This document shows positions 18,224-28,020 of a stretch of DNA of 44,921 bases, one piece after another. This stretch comes from Candidatus Helarchaeota archaeon. GTDB lineage: Archaea; Asgardarchaeota; Lokiarchaeia; Helarchaeales; RDOG01. The stretch spans positions 1 to 44,921 of the forward strand of contig JALGVI010000013.1 in NCBI GenBank assembly GCA_029838215.1, written 5' to 3'. The position numbers and the translations under genes were made by a program. The notes under the pieces are model-generated. The model ran no database searches. It was not told the DNA's origin and saw only the letters and a program-made list of their open reading frames with translations. The first letter of the stretch is position 1. Each line of letters starts with the position of its first letter.

Positions 18224-19305
18224 TATCTCTCGCGATTTCCAATTATGAACTCTTCGACCCAATTTCTTGCAGTGTTGTCTGGAACCTGTATTGGTGGGTG
18301 CTTGAAGAAGAAAGAGGAAATACCTGTAAGCGGTCCGGCAATTTTTCGATCCAAAGCGAGTTTCATACCCCGAATGGCATCGATTACGACTCCTGCAGAA
18401 TTTGGGGAATCTTCAACAGATAATTTAAGGGTAAGGGTTACGGGTTGGTCGCCGAATTTTCGTCCTTTCATGTAAATATAGCATATTTTTTTGTCTTGAA
18501 GAAACTCAACATAATCCGAGGGACCGATCCTGACAGGGACGTCATACGGAACGAGACTGGTCACGGCACTCGTCTTGCTAATACGCTTGGTTTTTAATCG
18601 CCCTTCTTCGAGCATGTTCAAGAAGTCAGTATTTCCTCCGATATTTAATTGATAAGTTTCTTCTATTTTTATGCCTCGCATTACCATGAGGTCGGCAAGG
18701 GTTCGATGAACGATCGTTGCTCCGAATTGTGATTTTATATCATCACCAGCACAGGGCAATCCGGCATCCGTGAATTTTTTTGCCCACGTTTCATCAGAGA
18801 CGATGAATTCAGGGATGCAATTAATGAATCCAATACCCGCATCAAGTGCTGCCTGCGCATAAGCCTGAGTGCCTTCCTTGCTACCAACAGGCAGGTAATT
18901 GACCAACATGTCAGCCTTGGATGAGATCAGTACTTCAACTAAATCAACAGGTTCGGTTTGTTCGGGGTCATAGCAATGAAATGGAGCCTTCATGTGCTTG
19001 GCGACACCATCCTTGATTGGACCAGCGAGAACCGTCACGCCTTGGTGGGGAACCGTACAAAAATTGTGAGCAGAATTTGGGTCAGCATTAATTGCTTCAC
19101 TTATGTCCTTTCCAATCTTGAGCGAATTAACTTCAAAAGCAGCAACAATTTCAATATCACTGGGGCGATATCCTCCAAAATTCACGTGCATTAGCCCAGG
19201 AATCTCGTCTTCATCAGTTGCTTCCTTATAATAATATAGACCCTGAATGAGTGAAGATGCACAATTCCCCATTCCGGCAATGGCTATTCGTATTTTATTG
19301 GTCAT
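18223..19305 (-). CDS. ino1: myo-Inositol-1-phosphate synthase
   Basis: IAGMGNCASSLIQG, NYLPVGS, GDDIKSQFGAT, QLNIGGNTDFLN, VEDSPNSAG and FFKHPP motifs. Confidence 0.97.
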   Translation of the reverse strand: MTNKIRIAIAGMGNCASSLIQGLYYYKEATDEDEIPGLMHVNFGGYRPSDIEIVAAFEVNSLKIGKDISEAINADPNSAHNFCTVPHQGVTVLAGPIKDGVAKHMKAPFHCYDPEQTEPVDLVEVLISSKADMLVNYLPVGSKEGTQAYAQAALDAGIGFINCIPEFIVSDETWAKKFTDAGLPCAGDDIKSQFGATIVHRTLADLMVMRGIKIEETYQLNIGGNTDFLNMLEEGRLKTKRISKTSAVTSLVPYDVPVRIGPSDYVEFLQDKKICYIYMKGRKFGDQPVTLTLKLSVEDSPNSAGVVIDAIRGMKLALDRKIAGPLTGISSFFFKHPPIQVPDNTARNWVEEFIIGNRER

Positions 19306-19453
19306 TATCTCTTGTCCCCTTGCAGTTTAGAACTTGATTTTAGGAAGAAAAAAAGATTATTAAAAATATCGAAATGAGTTTTTTGAATTTTGAAAAATAT
19401 TGAAAAGTAATGACATGATAAACTAATAACATAAAATCCATGAGTTCTTTTTA

Positions 19454-20263
19454 ATGTTAAGACAATGTCCTTATTTTAAAAAATGTTCGACGGTAGATCG
19501 CATTCTCTACGGGAATAAAGAATATCATTGCATGGGGATTACTTCGTATGATAGTTGTCAGAAATTTCAAGAGTTCGAACTCATAAAAACAACGAAAACA
19601 AAGAATCCATATTTAGAATTGAATAGGAAGTTAAGAGATCTTCTAAAAATGCTGCGGTCTTTTTTGACAAAACCCGTTTTCATGCTCGTTTGTGATTCTA
19701 CTGGAAAAGTGTTACATTGCGATAGCGGAATTGGAGAAAATTTGGACTATCTCCTTGAAGTTGTAAAAACTCAGTTTAATAAGAAGGAAGTAAGCGAGCA
19801 CGTCGTGATTTCAGATGGAGCCATGCATTACTATGGTCTTTTCAAGCTTTCAGAAAATGGATTGTTAGTCTTGGTAATGCAGGAAGACCTAAAGGAAGAT
19901 ATACAGGAAATTAAATCGTGTGTTAAGCAGATTTCAGGTGAAATAAATCCCATCATCGAGAAGTTTCTCTTGTGGATGAATTTCTTTGAACCGATAAATG
20001 AATCATCAGATTATTCTTTCAGGGAACGTTTTAGCATTCTTGAATCAATGGTTCAGGGCTTGGTACCGGTAGAGGAAATATTGAAGGAGATTGACTTACT
20101 TCAATCGCTGGTCGCACAGATCTTTGCATGGCATCCATTGATGTATGAATTATCAATTATTCGTCAAAGGCTCTTGGAATATGAGAAAGATGGATATCTC
20201 TCAAAGAAGGATAAACAGAACTTTTTGGATAAAATTACTAAATGGAAAAAATTATTGGTTTGA
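19454..20263 (+). CDS. Hypothetical protein with an N-terminal Cys cluster, a Roadblock/longin-like sensor domain and a C-terminal helical bundle
   Basis: CPYFKKC...HC...SC, a beta-rich FMLVCDSTGKVL...YYGLFKLSENGLLVLVM segment, and a C-terminal FAWHPLMYEL...KITKWKKLL. Confidence 0.5.
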   Translation: MLRQCPYFKKCSTVDRILYGNKEYHCMGITSYDSCQKFQEFELIKTTKTKNPYLELNRKLRDLLKMLRSFLTKPVFMLVCDSTGKVLHCDSGIGENLDYLLEVVKTQFNKKEVSEHVVISDGAMHYYGLFKLSENGLLVLVMQEDLKEDIQEIKSCVKQISGEINPIIEKFLLWMNFFEPINESSDYSFRERFSILESMVQGLVPVEEILKEIDLLQSLVAQIFAWHPLMYELSIIRQRLLEYEKDGYLSKKDKQNFLDKITKWKKLLV

Positions 20264-20309
20264 ATGGAAGAGAGACGTTTAAAGGTAAAATTTTTTTTCT
20301 AACGCGGCA

Positions 20310-20777
20310 TTATCTCGAGGGGATCTTGTATTTTTTATGATTTTTGTAAATGATTACAGCAAATAAGATTCCAACAACAATTACGATAACGGCATGAGTG
20401 ATGGTTGGCAAGAGCAAAGCGAACTGGAGTAATGATATCCCCACTCCCAATAAAATGCCAAGACTAATTCGGATTCTATTAGTACTTTCCCTAAATTCCA
20501 ATTTTTGAGTGATCCAATCGATCATTGTTGGTATTAAAAACGATACTGCAAAAATGAGAGAAATGAAAGGGTCAAAAAACAAACCAATTGAAATTCGAAG
20601 GATTATTATTACAAACATTGATATTAAAAGTGAAACCGTGATTCCGGTACAACGGGCACAAAAATGAATTTCCTTCCCTCGAATTCTTAAAGTCAGGGTC
20701 CGATCATACTTATCTTCAGAATGATGGGATATGAGAAGGTGTAAAAACCGCATGATTTTTTCTTTCGACACGTCCAT
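20310..20777 (-). CDS. DUF2085-family membrane protein
   Basis: HH...RT...FCARCTGI, IDWITQ...RESTNRIR..G motifs and TM helices. Confidence 0.85.
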   Translation of the reverse strand: MDVSKEKIMRFLHLLISHHSEDKYDRTLTLRIRGKEIHFCARCTGITVSLLISMFVIIILRISIGLFFDPFISLIFAVSFLIPTMIDWITQKLEFRESTNRIRISLGILLGVGISLLQFALLLPTITHAVIVIVVGILFAVIIYKNHKKYKIPSR

Positions 20778-20786
20778 GTTGTATCC

Positions 20787-21356
20787 TCAAGTGTTTGATT
20801 CTTCGGTTTGGAGCGGCTGAATTCTCTGACCACATTTATCACAAAATTGATAATTTTCACTCATTAATGCATTACAATGTGGACAGGTGATCATCTTTGG
20901 TTTACCAGTAGGAGCAAAATGCTTTTGTTTTTCTTCTGCATTTTTTTTATTGTTTACCCAATAACTTCGATGCAATGGCACGTCACCCACTAGGATTTCT
21001 CCTGTTCGTTCATTTACTTCTACAGGCAATTTTTTCTTTTTCATTTCTTCGACAAAATACATTACATCTAAGAAAGGTAGGTTCAAGTCTTTCATGACGG
21101 TAACTATCGGAACACGACCGTCCTTATAGCGAAGGATATGATTTCTCACGCGTTGTTTCCAATTGTATCGAGAATAAATGTTGTAACTAACAAGACCCAC
21201 GACCATGATGAGAAGAAACCAAGAGAACATGTCAACTTGTTTATAAACGACAAAATCAAAAATGATAAAACCAATAACAAAAATCAGACAACAAATGTCA
21301 GTAAGCACGGAACCTCTTCTGATGCTTTGACCTTGCATTATAGTTTCGGGATCCAT
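20787..21356 (-). CDS. Membrane protein with 2 TM helices, a winged-helix-like segment and a C-terminal zinc ribbon
   Basis: Two N-terminal hydrophobic helices, GRVPIVTVMKDLNL...V and a C-terminal CPHC...FCDKCG. Confidence 0.6.
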   Translation of the reverse strand: MDPETIMQGQSIRRGSVLTDICCLIFVIGFIIFDFVVYKQVDMFSWFLLIMVVGLVSYNIYSRYNWKQRVRNHILRYKDGRVPIVTVMKDLNLPFLDVMYFVEEMKKKKLPVEVNERTGEILVGDVPLHRSYWVNNKKNAEEKQKHFAPTGKPKMITCPHCNALMSENYQFCDKCGQRIQPLQTEESNT

Positions 21357-21558
21357 TTCTATTTTTTCCTAAATAAAATTACTAATTGAATAATTTTGAA
21401 TTGACCTAATTACTAATTTCATTCCGGCATATATCAATTTTTGGAATTGCAATCGCGTTGATTTCGAGCGTTTTTTTCTGTACTTGCAAATTCCGATAAA
21501 AGTTGAAATAGAATAAATGCAATTCATTAATTAAAAAAATATTTGAAGAGTAATTTCC

Positions 21559-23025
21559 ATGGCAGTATTTGAAAAATATGGGTTTGGAAATAAAATTGCG
21601 TATGGAATGGGCAATGTTGGGGACACGATTGCATACCAGACATTTACTTTTTTTATATTTGTATTCTATTATGCTGTTGTTGGCTTGAATACATGGTGGA
21701 TCATGGTTGCATTTATCATTTGGTCAATTTGGAATGCCGTTAATGATCCTTTATTAGGACTCGTTTCGGATAAGACAAAGGCAAAGATGGGACGACGGAA
21801 ATTTTGGATTCTCATCGCCGTGGTCCCATTGAGCGTGATAATGGTCCTATTGTGGACTCCACCGGCAATTTTTGGTATCCCGACCTTCAATAATCCGTTT
21901 TATATTGGACATCTTCTCAATTGGATCTATTTTCTCGTCATTATCGTCCTCTTTGATTTCTTCTACACGATGTTCAGTCTCAATACAACGGCGGCTTTTC
22001 CAGAAATGTACATGGATCAATTAGATCGAAACCAAGCATCACTGATCCGGCGAGTTTTGACAATCGTTGGTTTAATCATTGCGGTGATTCTTCCAACGTT
22101 GATCATTGGAGATACTAAAAGTCCTACAAGCTTGACGATTTATCCGGTAATGGGAATCGTTGTCGGGATTCTCGTGGCCGTGAATCTTGGAATCTTGCTC
22201 AAATGGGGACTTAAAGAACGGAAGGAATTTCAGCACGATCCTGAAGTAAATCCGGGATTTGTTGAGTCTTTGAAAATAACATTAAAGAACAAGTCATTTC
22301 TAATCTTGGTTCTCGGCAATTTAGGAAATTGGTACGTCTACGGCATAATTCCGACGGTTGTCCTGTTATATGGTCAATGGGTGCTAGGAGTTCCCGCAGG
22401 TCTTGACATCTTGAGCATGGTCCTGTTGCTTGCCACGTTTCTATCAGCCGCAGCATTGATGCCAATATGGAAGAAAATCGGCGATAAAATAGGGAATCGA
22501 AACGCGATGATATGGACTTTTATTGCTTGGGGCGGTGGCTTGATTCCGATAATGTTCGTCACCGGTCCGTTGGTATTCGATTTCACGTTATTTCTGATGG
22601 CATATATTCCCATGTTGATAATCATGATGATTGTCGGTTTCGGGATTTCAGGAAGCATATATTTAATGGACTTAGTCATCTCGGACGTGATTGACGAAGA
22701 CGAAGTCAATACAGGAGTTCGGAGAGAAGGCGCATTCTATGGCGTTAACGCGTTGATCATCCGACTTGCCACGATTCTCGTCATGGTTTCCATTGCATTA
22801 GTGTTTGGTGGTACGGGGTGGGCGGATTACACGCCTTACATTCTAGACCCGACATTTTATATATTAGGTCTAAAAATCTTGATGTCAGTACTTCCAGCCA
22901 TTGCATGTTTCCTCGCGGCAATTTGTTTTTGGATCTTTCCATTACACGGTAAAAAACTGGACGACATTAAGGAAAAATTGGCTGAACTTCACGCGAAAAA
23001 GCAAAAAGACATTAAAAGTGCTTGA
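21559..23025 (+). CDS. MFS glycoside-pentoside-hexuronide (GPH) cation symporter
   Basis: WNAVNDPLLGLVSDKT...GRRKFW, DVIDEDEVNTGVRREGAFYG and about 12 TM helices. Confidence 0.93.
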   Translation: MAVFEKYGFGNKIAYGMGNVGDTIAYQTFTFFIFVFYYAVVGLNTWWIMVAFIIWSIWNAVNDPLLGLVSDKTKAKMGRRKFWILIAVVPLSVIMVLLWTPPAIFGIPTFNNPFYIGHLLNWIYFLVIIVLFDFFYTMFSLNTTAAFPEMYMDQLDRNQASLIRRVLTIVGLIIAVILPTLIIGDTKSPTSLTIYPVMGIVVGILVAVNLGILLKWGLKERKEFQHDPEVNPGFVESLKITLKNKSFLILVLGNLGNWYVYGIIPTVVLLYGQWVLGVPAGLDILSMVLLLATFLSAAALMPIWKKIGDKIGNRNAMIWTFIAWGGGLIPIMFVTGPLVFDFTLFLMAYIPMLIIMMIVGFGISGSIYLMDLVISDVIDEDEVNTGVRREGAFYGVNALIIRLATILVMVSIALVFGGTGWADYTPYILDPTFYILGLKILMSVLPAIACFLAAICFWIFPLHGKKLDDIKEKLAELHAKKQKDIKSA

Positions 23026-23142
23026 ATTTCACCAATTTCTTTTTTTATTTTTAATATCACCCTGAATCTTGAAAAATCCATTATGATAGATAATAATTAT
23101 AATTCATTCACTGATGGTATGAATCAAAAGGAGGATACCAAG

Positions 23143-24399
23143 ATGGCTCAAAGTGGCAATAAAGACATTGAAAAAGTGCGTCAAAAAGCAATGAAACATT
23201 ATGAAAAAGCCATGAAATTTCGGTCGAAGGAGAAGTTTCCGAAGGTCGTAAAAGAGTTAAAACAAACAATGAAACTTTTTAATGAGGCGTCTTCACACAA
23301 GGAAGTGGAGAAAGTTGCTCTTCGGCTTGTTGAGATGGCACTGGTGGAAAGGGAACATAACATTGCAGCAAACGCTTTAATGGAAGCCGCAAATGCGGCA
23401 ATCATTCTCAATGAATGCATTAAGGCTTATGAACATTATAAATCAGCTATAAATTTTTACGTAGATGCCCCTAAAATTAATAAGTCCCGCGAAATAATGC
23501 ACGCGACATGTCTTGCATCATTCATCCGCCTGCTTCAAGGTCGGTTCGATGAAGGAATCTCTTTTTTCAAGACGAATTTGAAAAATAATAGGTTTAAAAA
23601 CATCGAAAAAGAACCCCTGATTCAATTTACGGAAGGAATATTAAACGGAATTATTTCCAAGAAGGATGAATATCTGGATAGAATAGAAGACATCCAAGCA
23701 AAGTTAGGCTTAAAAAAAGGCGAAATGCTTCTTTGTGAGAAAATGGTTTATATTCTTAGGGAATATCTGAAGTTCAAGATAAGAACAGAACTTGAACCTG
23801 CAAAAATTTATGCAGGAGACCAATTCACGTTTAAAATATTAATTGAACACCCAAGAAATATAGTCTTCATTGACTCTTCCCTTGATCATGATACGAATCG
23901 CTTAGAGGCAATCAGTGGACTTAATTCGAAAGAAGACGGCAAGCACTTTTCGATGGATTTCAAGGCAAGAGTTGATGGAGATACTCAAGTTGGACCAATG
24001 ACAATCGTTCTTCAAACAGAAGATGATTTTAAATTTCCTTTAACAATATCCAAGAAATTTAAGATTCTCCCAGGGAAGCCAAAAGTAGATGTAATAATCG
24101 AAGAACAACAATTGCTCAAGGGAGAAAAGAACCAATTTGATATCATACTTTTTAATTCTGGAAAAGGTGAAGCATCAAGAATCACGCTAGAATTAGATTT
24201 TCCCGAAACGCTTCTCTTTGTAGGAGGAGTTAATTCGAAAAAACTTCATTCTCTTAAAGCCAATGCAAGATTTCCGGTATCTTTTTTAGTAACTCCATTA
24301 GTTGGTGCAGAATTAAAAGGAAAATACCGTTTATCTTACTATAATGATTACAATGAAGAATTCTCGAATGAGAATGATATTGAAGTAAAGATTTTTTAA
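23143..24399 (+). CDS. TPR/SNAP-like helical repeat protein with two C-terminal Ig-like domains
   Basis: AGGAGG (23129-23134) precedes ATG 23143. The N-terminal ~210 aa are helical repeats (AANALMEAA...AYEHYKSAINFY). C-terminal beta-sandwiches include FDIILFNSGKGEA. Confidence 0.6.
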   Translation: MAQSGNKDIEKVRQKAMKHYEKAMKFRSKEKFPKVVKELKQTMKLFNEASSHKEVEKVALRLVEMALVEREHNIAANALMEAANAAIILNECIKAYEHYKSAINFYVDAPKINKSREIMHATCLASFIRLLQGRFDEGISFFKTNLKNNRFKNIEKEPLIQFTEGILNGIISKKDEYLDRIEDIQAKLGLKKGEMLLCEKMVYILREYLKFKIRTELEPAKIYAGDQFTFKILIEHPRNIVFIDSSLDHDTNRLEAISGLNSKEDGKHFSMDFKARVDGDTQVGPMTIVLQTEDDFKFPLTISKKFKILPGKPKVDVIIEEQQLLKGEKNQFDIILFNSGKGEASRITLELDFPETLLFVGGVNSKKLHSLKANARFPVSFLVTPLVGAELKGKYRLSYYNDYNEEFSNENDIEVKIF

Positions 24400-24477
24400 G
24401 CATATCAATCCGTACATCAAACGTAAAAAAAATTCAATGATTTATGATTATCAAGTTCCTACTTGAGATGAATAATT

Positions 24478-24855
24478 ATGGACGTATTTGGTGTTAGTAA
24501 ATATGCACGTCTTGGCTCATTTGATTTTGTTGGATTAGCTCTTTATCACATGTTTAACAGCAACATGGAAGTGAGTCAAAAATTTCGAGATCGTGTTAAA
24601 AAAACGAAAGAGAAAATAGTTCTTGATCTCGACATGTATCCCATCATGATTAATCTTACAGAAGTTCCTATCGAAATCACGAGATATTTTACAGAAGAAC
24701 CTACAATAATAGTCAAAATGCCCACACAAGACCTCCTACACATAGTAGAAGGTAAGAGTTCAATGATTCGTTCATTTTTAACGGGAAAAATGAAATTAAA
24801 GAGAGGAATTACTAAACTTATGAAGGTTTATAATCTTTTTTCGAAAGTACTTTAA
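24478..24855 (+). CDS. SCP2 sterol/lipid-binding domain protein
   Basis: PTIIVKM...LLHIVEGK..MIRSFLTGKMKLKRG, the C-terminal SCP2 signature. Confidence 0.8.
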   Translation: MDVFGVSKYARLGSFDFVGLALYHMFNSNMEVSQKFRDRVKKTKEKIVLDLDMYPIMINLTEVPIEITRYFTEEPTIIVKMPTQDLLHIVEGKSSMIRSFLTGKMKLKRGITKLMKVYNLFSKVL

Positions 24856-24881
24856 TTTATTGATTAATAGAGGATGATTTC

Positions 24882-26330
24882 ATGGTGCAACAAACAGAAA
24901 TTCATGATTCAATTACTAAGGAATTGAAAGAAATAGTTGGTGAAGAGTGGGTGTCCGACTTTCCAGAGGAATTACACGCTTATTCTTATGACATGACAGA
25001 ACACCCACCCAGCATGCCAGATTATGTAGTTATGCCACAAACTCCGGAAGAAATTCAAAAAATTATTAAATTGGCAAATGAACACAAGATCCCGGTCGTC
25101 CCATTTGTTACGGGCAATAATGTTGGCGGCCTCACAATTCCCTTAAAGGGTGGAATTGTTGTTGATTTAAAAAGGATGGATAGGATAATTCGGCTCGATG
25201 AAGATGATATGTATCTCATAATAGAGCCGGGTGTCACTTTTGGACACGTAAAAAGGTTTCTTGAGAATACGGGTTTCAGGTATTGTTATCCGAACGCCCC
25301 TCCATTCGCATCAGTCATGGCAAACGCACTATTGGGAGGATTGAATAATCTTTCATTGAAACACGGTAACATGTCTCACGTTATTAATGGTATCGAAGCA
25401 GTTCTCCCTACTGGAGAATTAATAAGAATAGGGAGTTGTGCCCTTTGGGACGAACATTGGTGGTCCCTTGGCTCTCTTCCTGACCTTTTAGGATTATTTA
25501 TCAATTGGCAGGGCATGAGCGGTATAGTTACAAAAATGGCAATCCAAGTCTGGCCAAAAAAACCAATAAACCACATATTGGTCGTGTTATCGTACGATTT
25601 AGCTTCTACTTATGATTTTGTAAGAAAAGTCACTCATTATGAAATTTTAGATGACTTGCTTTTAATGTCAATGGAAACAATCAAGATGGTAAATGGCGTT
25701 CCGTATGGTAAAGCAGTCCATCTTGAGGGTGAACCCCGATGGGCTCTTGTTCTTGACGTTAGTGCTAATATCGAGCTCGAATACAAGGCAAAATATAAAA
25801 TGATCCATGATTCATTTAAAGAGTTGAAAAAAGCCGATCCAAATGCATTATTCACGACTGCCGAAGTCGCAGAAAAATTATACGGAAGAAGGATGGGAGA
25901 TTTCCAGAGATTGCCGTTTGCCATTGGTGGAATGCTTGAATACGGAGGAAATACTTGGGTAGGAACCTACATGACAACAAAGCCAGAAGCGGTCGTCAAA
26001 GGTGTTGAAAAAGCATTTGAAATAATTCGAAAATATGATTTTGAAAGTTGTCTTTACACACGTTCGATGTCAGGTCATCACTACTTTGCCTTCAGATTTC
26101 TTCTTCGATTTTCTAAGGAAAAAGGTGAGTCAGAACGCATGCAAAAATGCAACAAGGAACTATTAGATACGCTATTAGAACAGGGAGCATTTCCGTATAA
26201 GACACCGGCGTGGGCATCTGAAACGATTATCAAACGCGTGAATGAGAATTGGTATGAATTATTCAAGAAAGTAAAAAAGACGATAGATCCAAATGGAATC
26301 ATGAATCCAGGAAGATGGGGACTAAAATGA
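24882..26330 (+). CDS. FAD-binding oxidoreductase (VAO/PCMH/GlcD superfamily)
   Basis: YSYD...PDYVVMP.T.EEI, GGIVVDLKRMDRI, IEPGVT, GIEAVLPTGE, GIVTKM and DPNGIMNPG motifs. Confidence 0.92.
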   Translation: MVQQTEIHDSITKELKEIVGEEWVSDFPEELHAYSYDMTEHPPSMPDYVVMPQTPEEIQKIIKLANEHKIPVVPFVTGNNVGGLTIPLKGGIVVDLKRMDRIIRLDEDDMYLIIEPGVTFGHVKRFLENTGFRYCYPNAPPFASVMANALLGGLNNLSLKHGNMSHVINGIEAVLPTGELIRIGSCALWDEHWWSLGSLPDLLGLFINWQGMSGIVTKMAIQVWPKKPINHILVVLSYDLASTYDFVRKVTHYEILDDLLLMSMETIKMVNGVPYGKAVHLEGEPRWALVLDVSANIELEYKAKYKMIHDSFKELKKADPNALFTTAEVAEKLYGRRMGDFQRLPFAIGGMLEYGGNTWVGTYMTTKPEAVVKGVEKAFEIIRKYDFESCLYTRSMSGHHYFAFRFLLRFSKEKGESERMQKCNKELLDTLLEQGAFPYKTPAWASETIIKRVNENWYELFKKVKKTIDPNGIMNPGRWGLK

Positions 26331-27505
26331 GCAGCAACGATGCTTTGAATAATTTTAAAGAGGAAATATATTGTTGTACCAAGTGCGGGACTTGTAAATA
26401 TATCTACATGGATTACGCGGATTCTTGTCCTTCAGGCAAAAAATTCAGATTCGAGACATTTTATCCGAGTGGGAGAATACATCTCGCAAGGGGACTTTTC
26501 GAAGGCAAGTTAAAATGGAATGATCGGGTTCGGGATATTATTTTTGCGTGCCCGACTTGTGCAAGTTGCACGATACAATGTCAATCGAGGCATCATGATG
26601 CCATCGTTGACATCATTGAGGCATTAAGGGCCGATGCGGTTTCCAAGGGATTTGGTCCTTTGCCCGGTCAAAAGTTGTTTGCTGAATCGATTAAAAAAGA
26701 ACACAATCCGTACAAAGAAAAGCACGTGGAACGACTGAGTTGGAAAGAAGGAATGCAAGACCAAGTTCCAGAAAAAGAGAAAGCAGAGGTACTCTACTTT
26801 GTCGGGTGTACATCATCCTATCGCCAACAAGACCTTGCCCGTAACACGGTCAAGTTGTTAAATAAGTTGGGTGTTGATTTTACGGTTTCTAAGGATGAAT
26901 GGTGTTGCGGCTCACCGTTGATGAGGACAGGGCAATTAGATCAAGTCGTTGAACTGGTAAAAAACAATTTAGAATTAATAAAAAAGACCGGAGCAAAGAC
27001 AGTGATCAGTTCTTGCGCAGGTTGTTATCGAACTTTAAAAGTTGATTATCCAAAATATGCTGAAATGCTGGAAGGCGTCGAAATTCTGCACGTTACCGAG
27101 TTTTTACAAAAGATCATGAAGCAAAAAAAGGTCAAGTTCAAGAAAAAATATAATGGATTGAAAGTCACGTATCACGATCCTTGCCACCTTGGGAGACATT
27201 CTGGAGTGTACGATGCACCTCGGACAATTATAAAAGCCATTCCTGGAATTAAAATGATTGAGATGCCCAGAACACGTGAGAACTCGTGGTGTTGTGGTGC
27301 TGGCGGCGGAGTGAAATCAGCATACAAAAAGTGGGCTGTCGAAATCTCCAAAGAAAGAGTAGAGGAGGCAGAAAAAACAGGCTGTGAAATCTTATTAAGT
27401 GCCTGTCCTTTCTGCATGACGAACTTGCAAGATGCCATCAATGATTCCAATTCAAAAATAAAGTTTATGGATGTTGTTGATTTACTCACCGAGGTACTTC
27501 AGTAG
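26327..27505 (+). CDS. Fe-S oxidoreductase (GlcF/GlpC/HdrD-like; 2x[4Fe-4S] plus two CCG domains)
   Basis: CTKCGTC...CP, CPTCASCTIQC, YFVGC, WCCGSP, SCAGC, YHDPCHLGR, CCGAGGG and ACPFC. ATGA overlap with the upstream gene gives a start at 26327. Confidence 0.92.
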   Translation: MSSNDALNNFKEEIYCCTKCGTCKYIYMDYADSCPSGKKFRFETFYPSGRIHLARGLFEGKLKWNDRVRDIIFACPTCASCTIQCQSRHHDAIVDIIEALRADAVSKGFGPLPGQKLFAESIKKEHNPYKEKHVERLSWKEGMQDQVPEKEKAEVLYFVGCTSSYRQQDLARNTVKLLNKLGVDFTVSKDEWCCGSPLMRTGQLDQVVELVKNNLELIKKTGAKTVISSCAGCYRTLKVDYPKYAEMLEGVEILHVTEFLQKIMKQKKVKFKKKYNGLKVTYHDPCHLGRHSGVYDAPRTIIKAIPGIKMIEMPRTRENSWCCGAGGGVKSAYKKWAVEISKERVEEAEKTGCEILLSACPFCMTNLQDAINDSNSKIKFMDVVDLLTEVLQ

Positions 27506-27540
27506 CACTTTCCTCAAGACAAATTTCACGGGCTAAAAAC

Positions 27541-28020
27541 ATGTTGACCACGAAAAAGAAGTTTGATCATTCCAGAGAAAAAGTTCGGTTGAGAGCAATC
27601 GCCAATCTTCTTTATTTACTCATAAACATATACGGCTTACCGGAAACTAAGAAAAGAATGAAGAAAATCGATGGAAAGGAGTTCATCATTCGATTTCCCG
27701 CGTTAAATGGTGCCATAACTTATAAGATTAGTGGCGATCAGATGGTTCCTTACATTGGTGAATCCAAGGGTGCCATTGGACGATTGACCTTCAAGGTAAA
27801 AGAAGAGAAAATCATGGAGACCATCGAGCAAGTGATAAAAATGCCGGGAAATAACACCGGATTCTTACGGCTCGTATTCAAATATCTCTTGACAGGGAAA
27901 ATTGGTTTTGGTGGAGCCATGATTTCAACGATGAGGTTTGTTAAAAGCATCATGCTGGGAAAGCATGAAATGTACAAGATCGAAAAGACCTTACGCGAGT
28001 CGAAAAACGGTGGAATTTGA
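27541..28020 (+). CDS. SCP2-like domain protein
   Basis: FIIRFPALNGAITYKI...LLTGKIGFGG pattern resembling SCP2, located inside the cluster. Confidence 0.55.
   Translation: MLTTKKKFDHSREKVRLRAIANLLYLLINIYGLPETKKRMKKIDGKEFIIRFPALNGAITYKISGDQMVPYIGESKGAIGRLTFKVKEEKIMETIEQVIKMPGNNTGFLRLVFKYLLTGKIGFGGAMISTMRFVKSIMLGKHEMYKIEKTLRESKNGGI

Noticed and set aside
27938-28009. N-terminal extension of the first dehydratase subunit given in the ORF track
   Set aside because: It would overlap the upstream SCP2-like gene by 83 nt. GTG at 28010 gives a normal short overlap.
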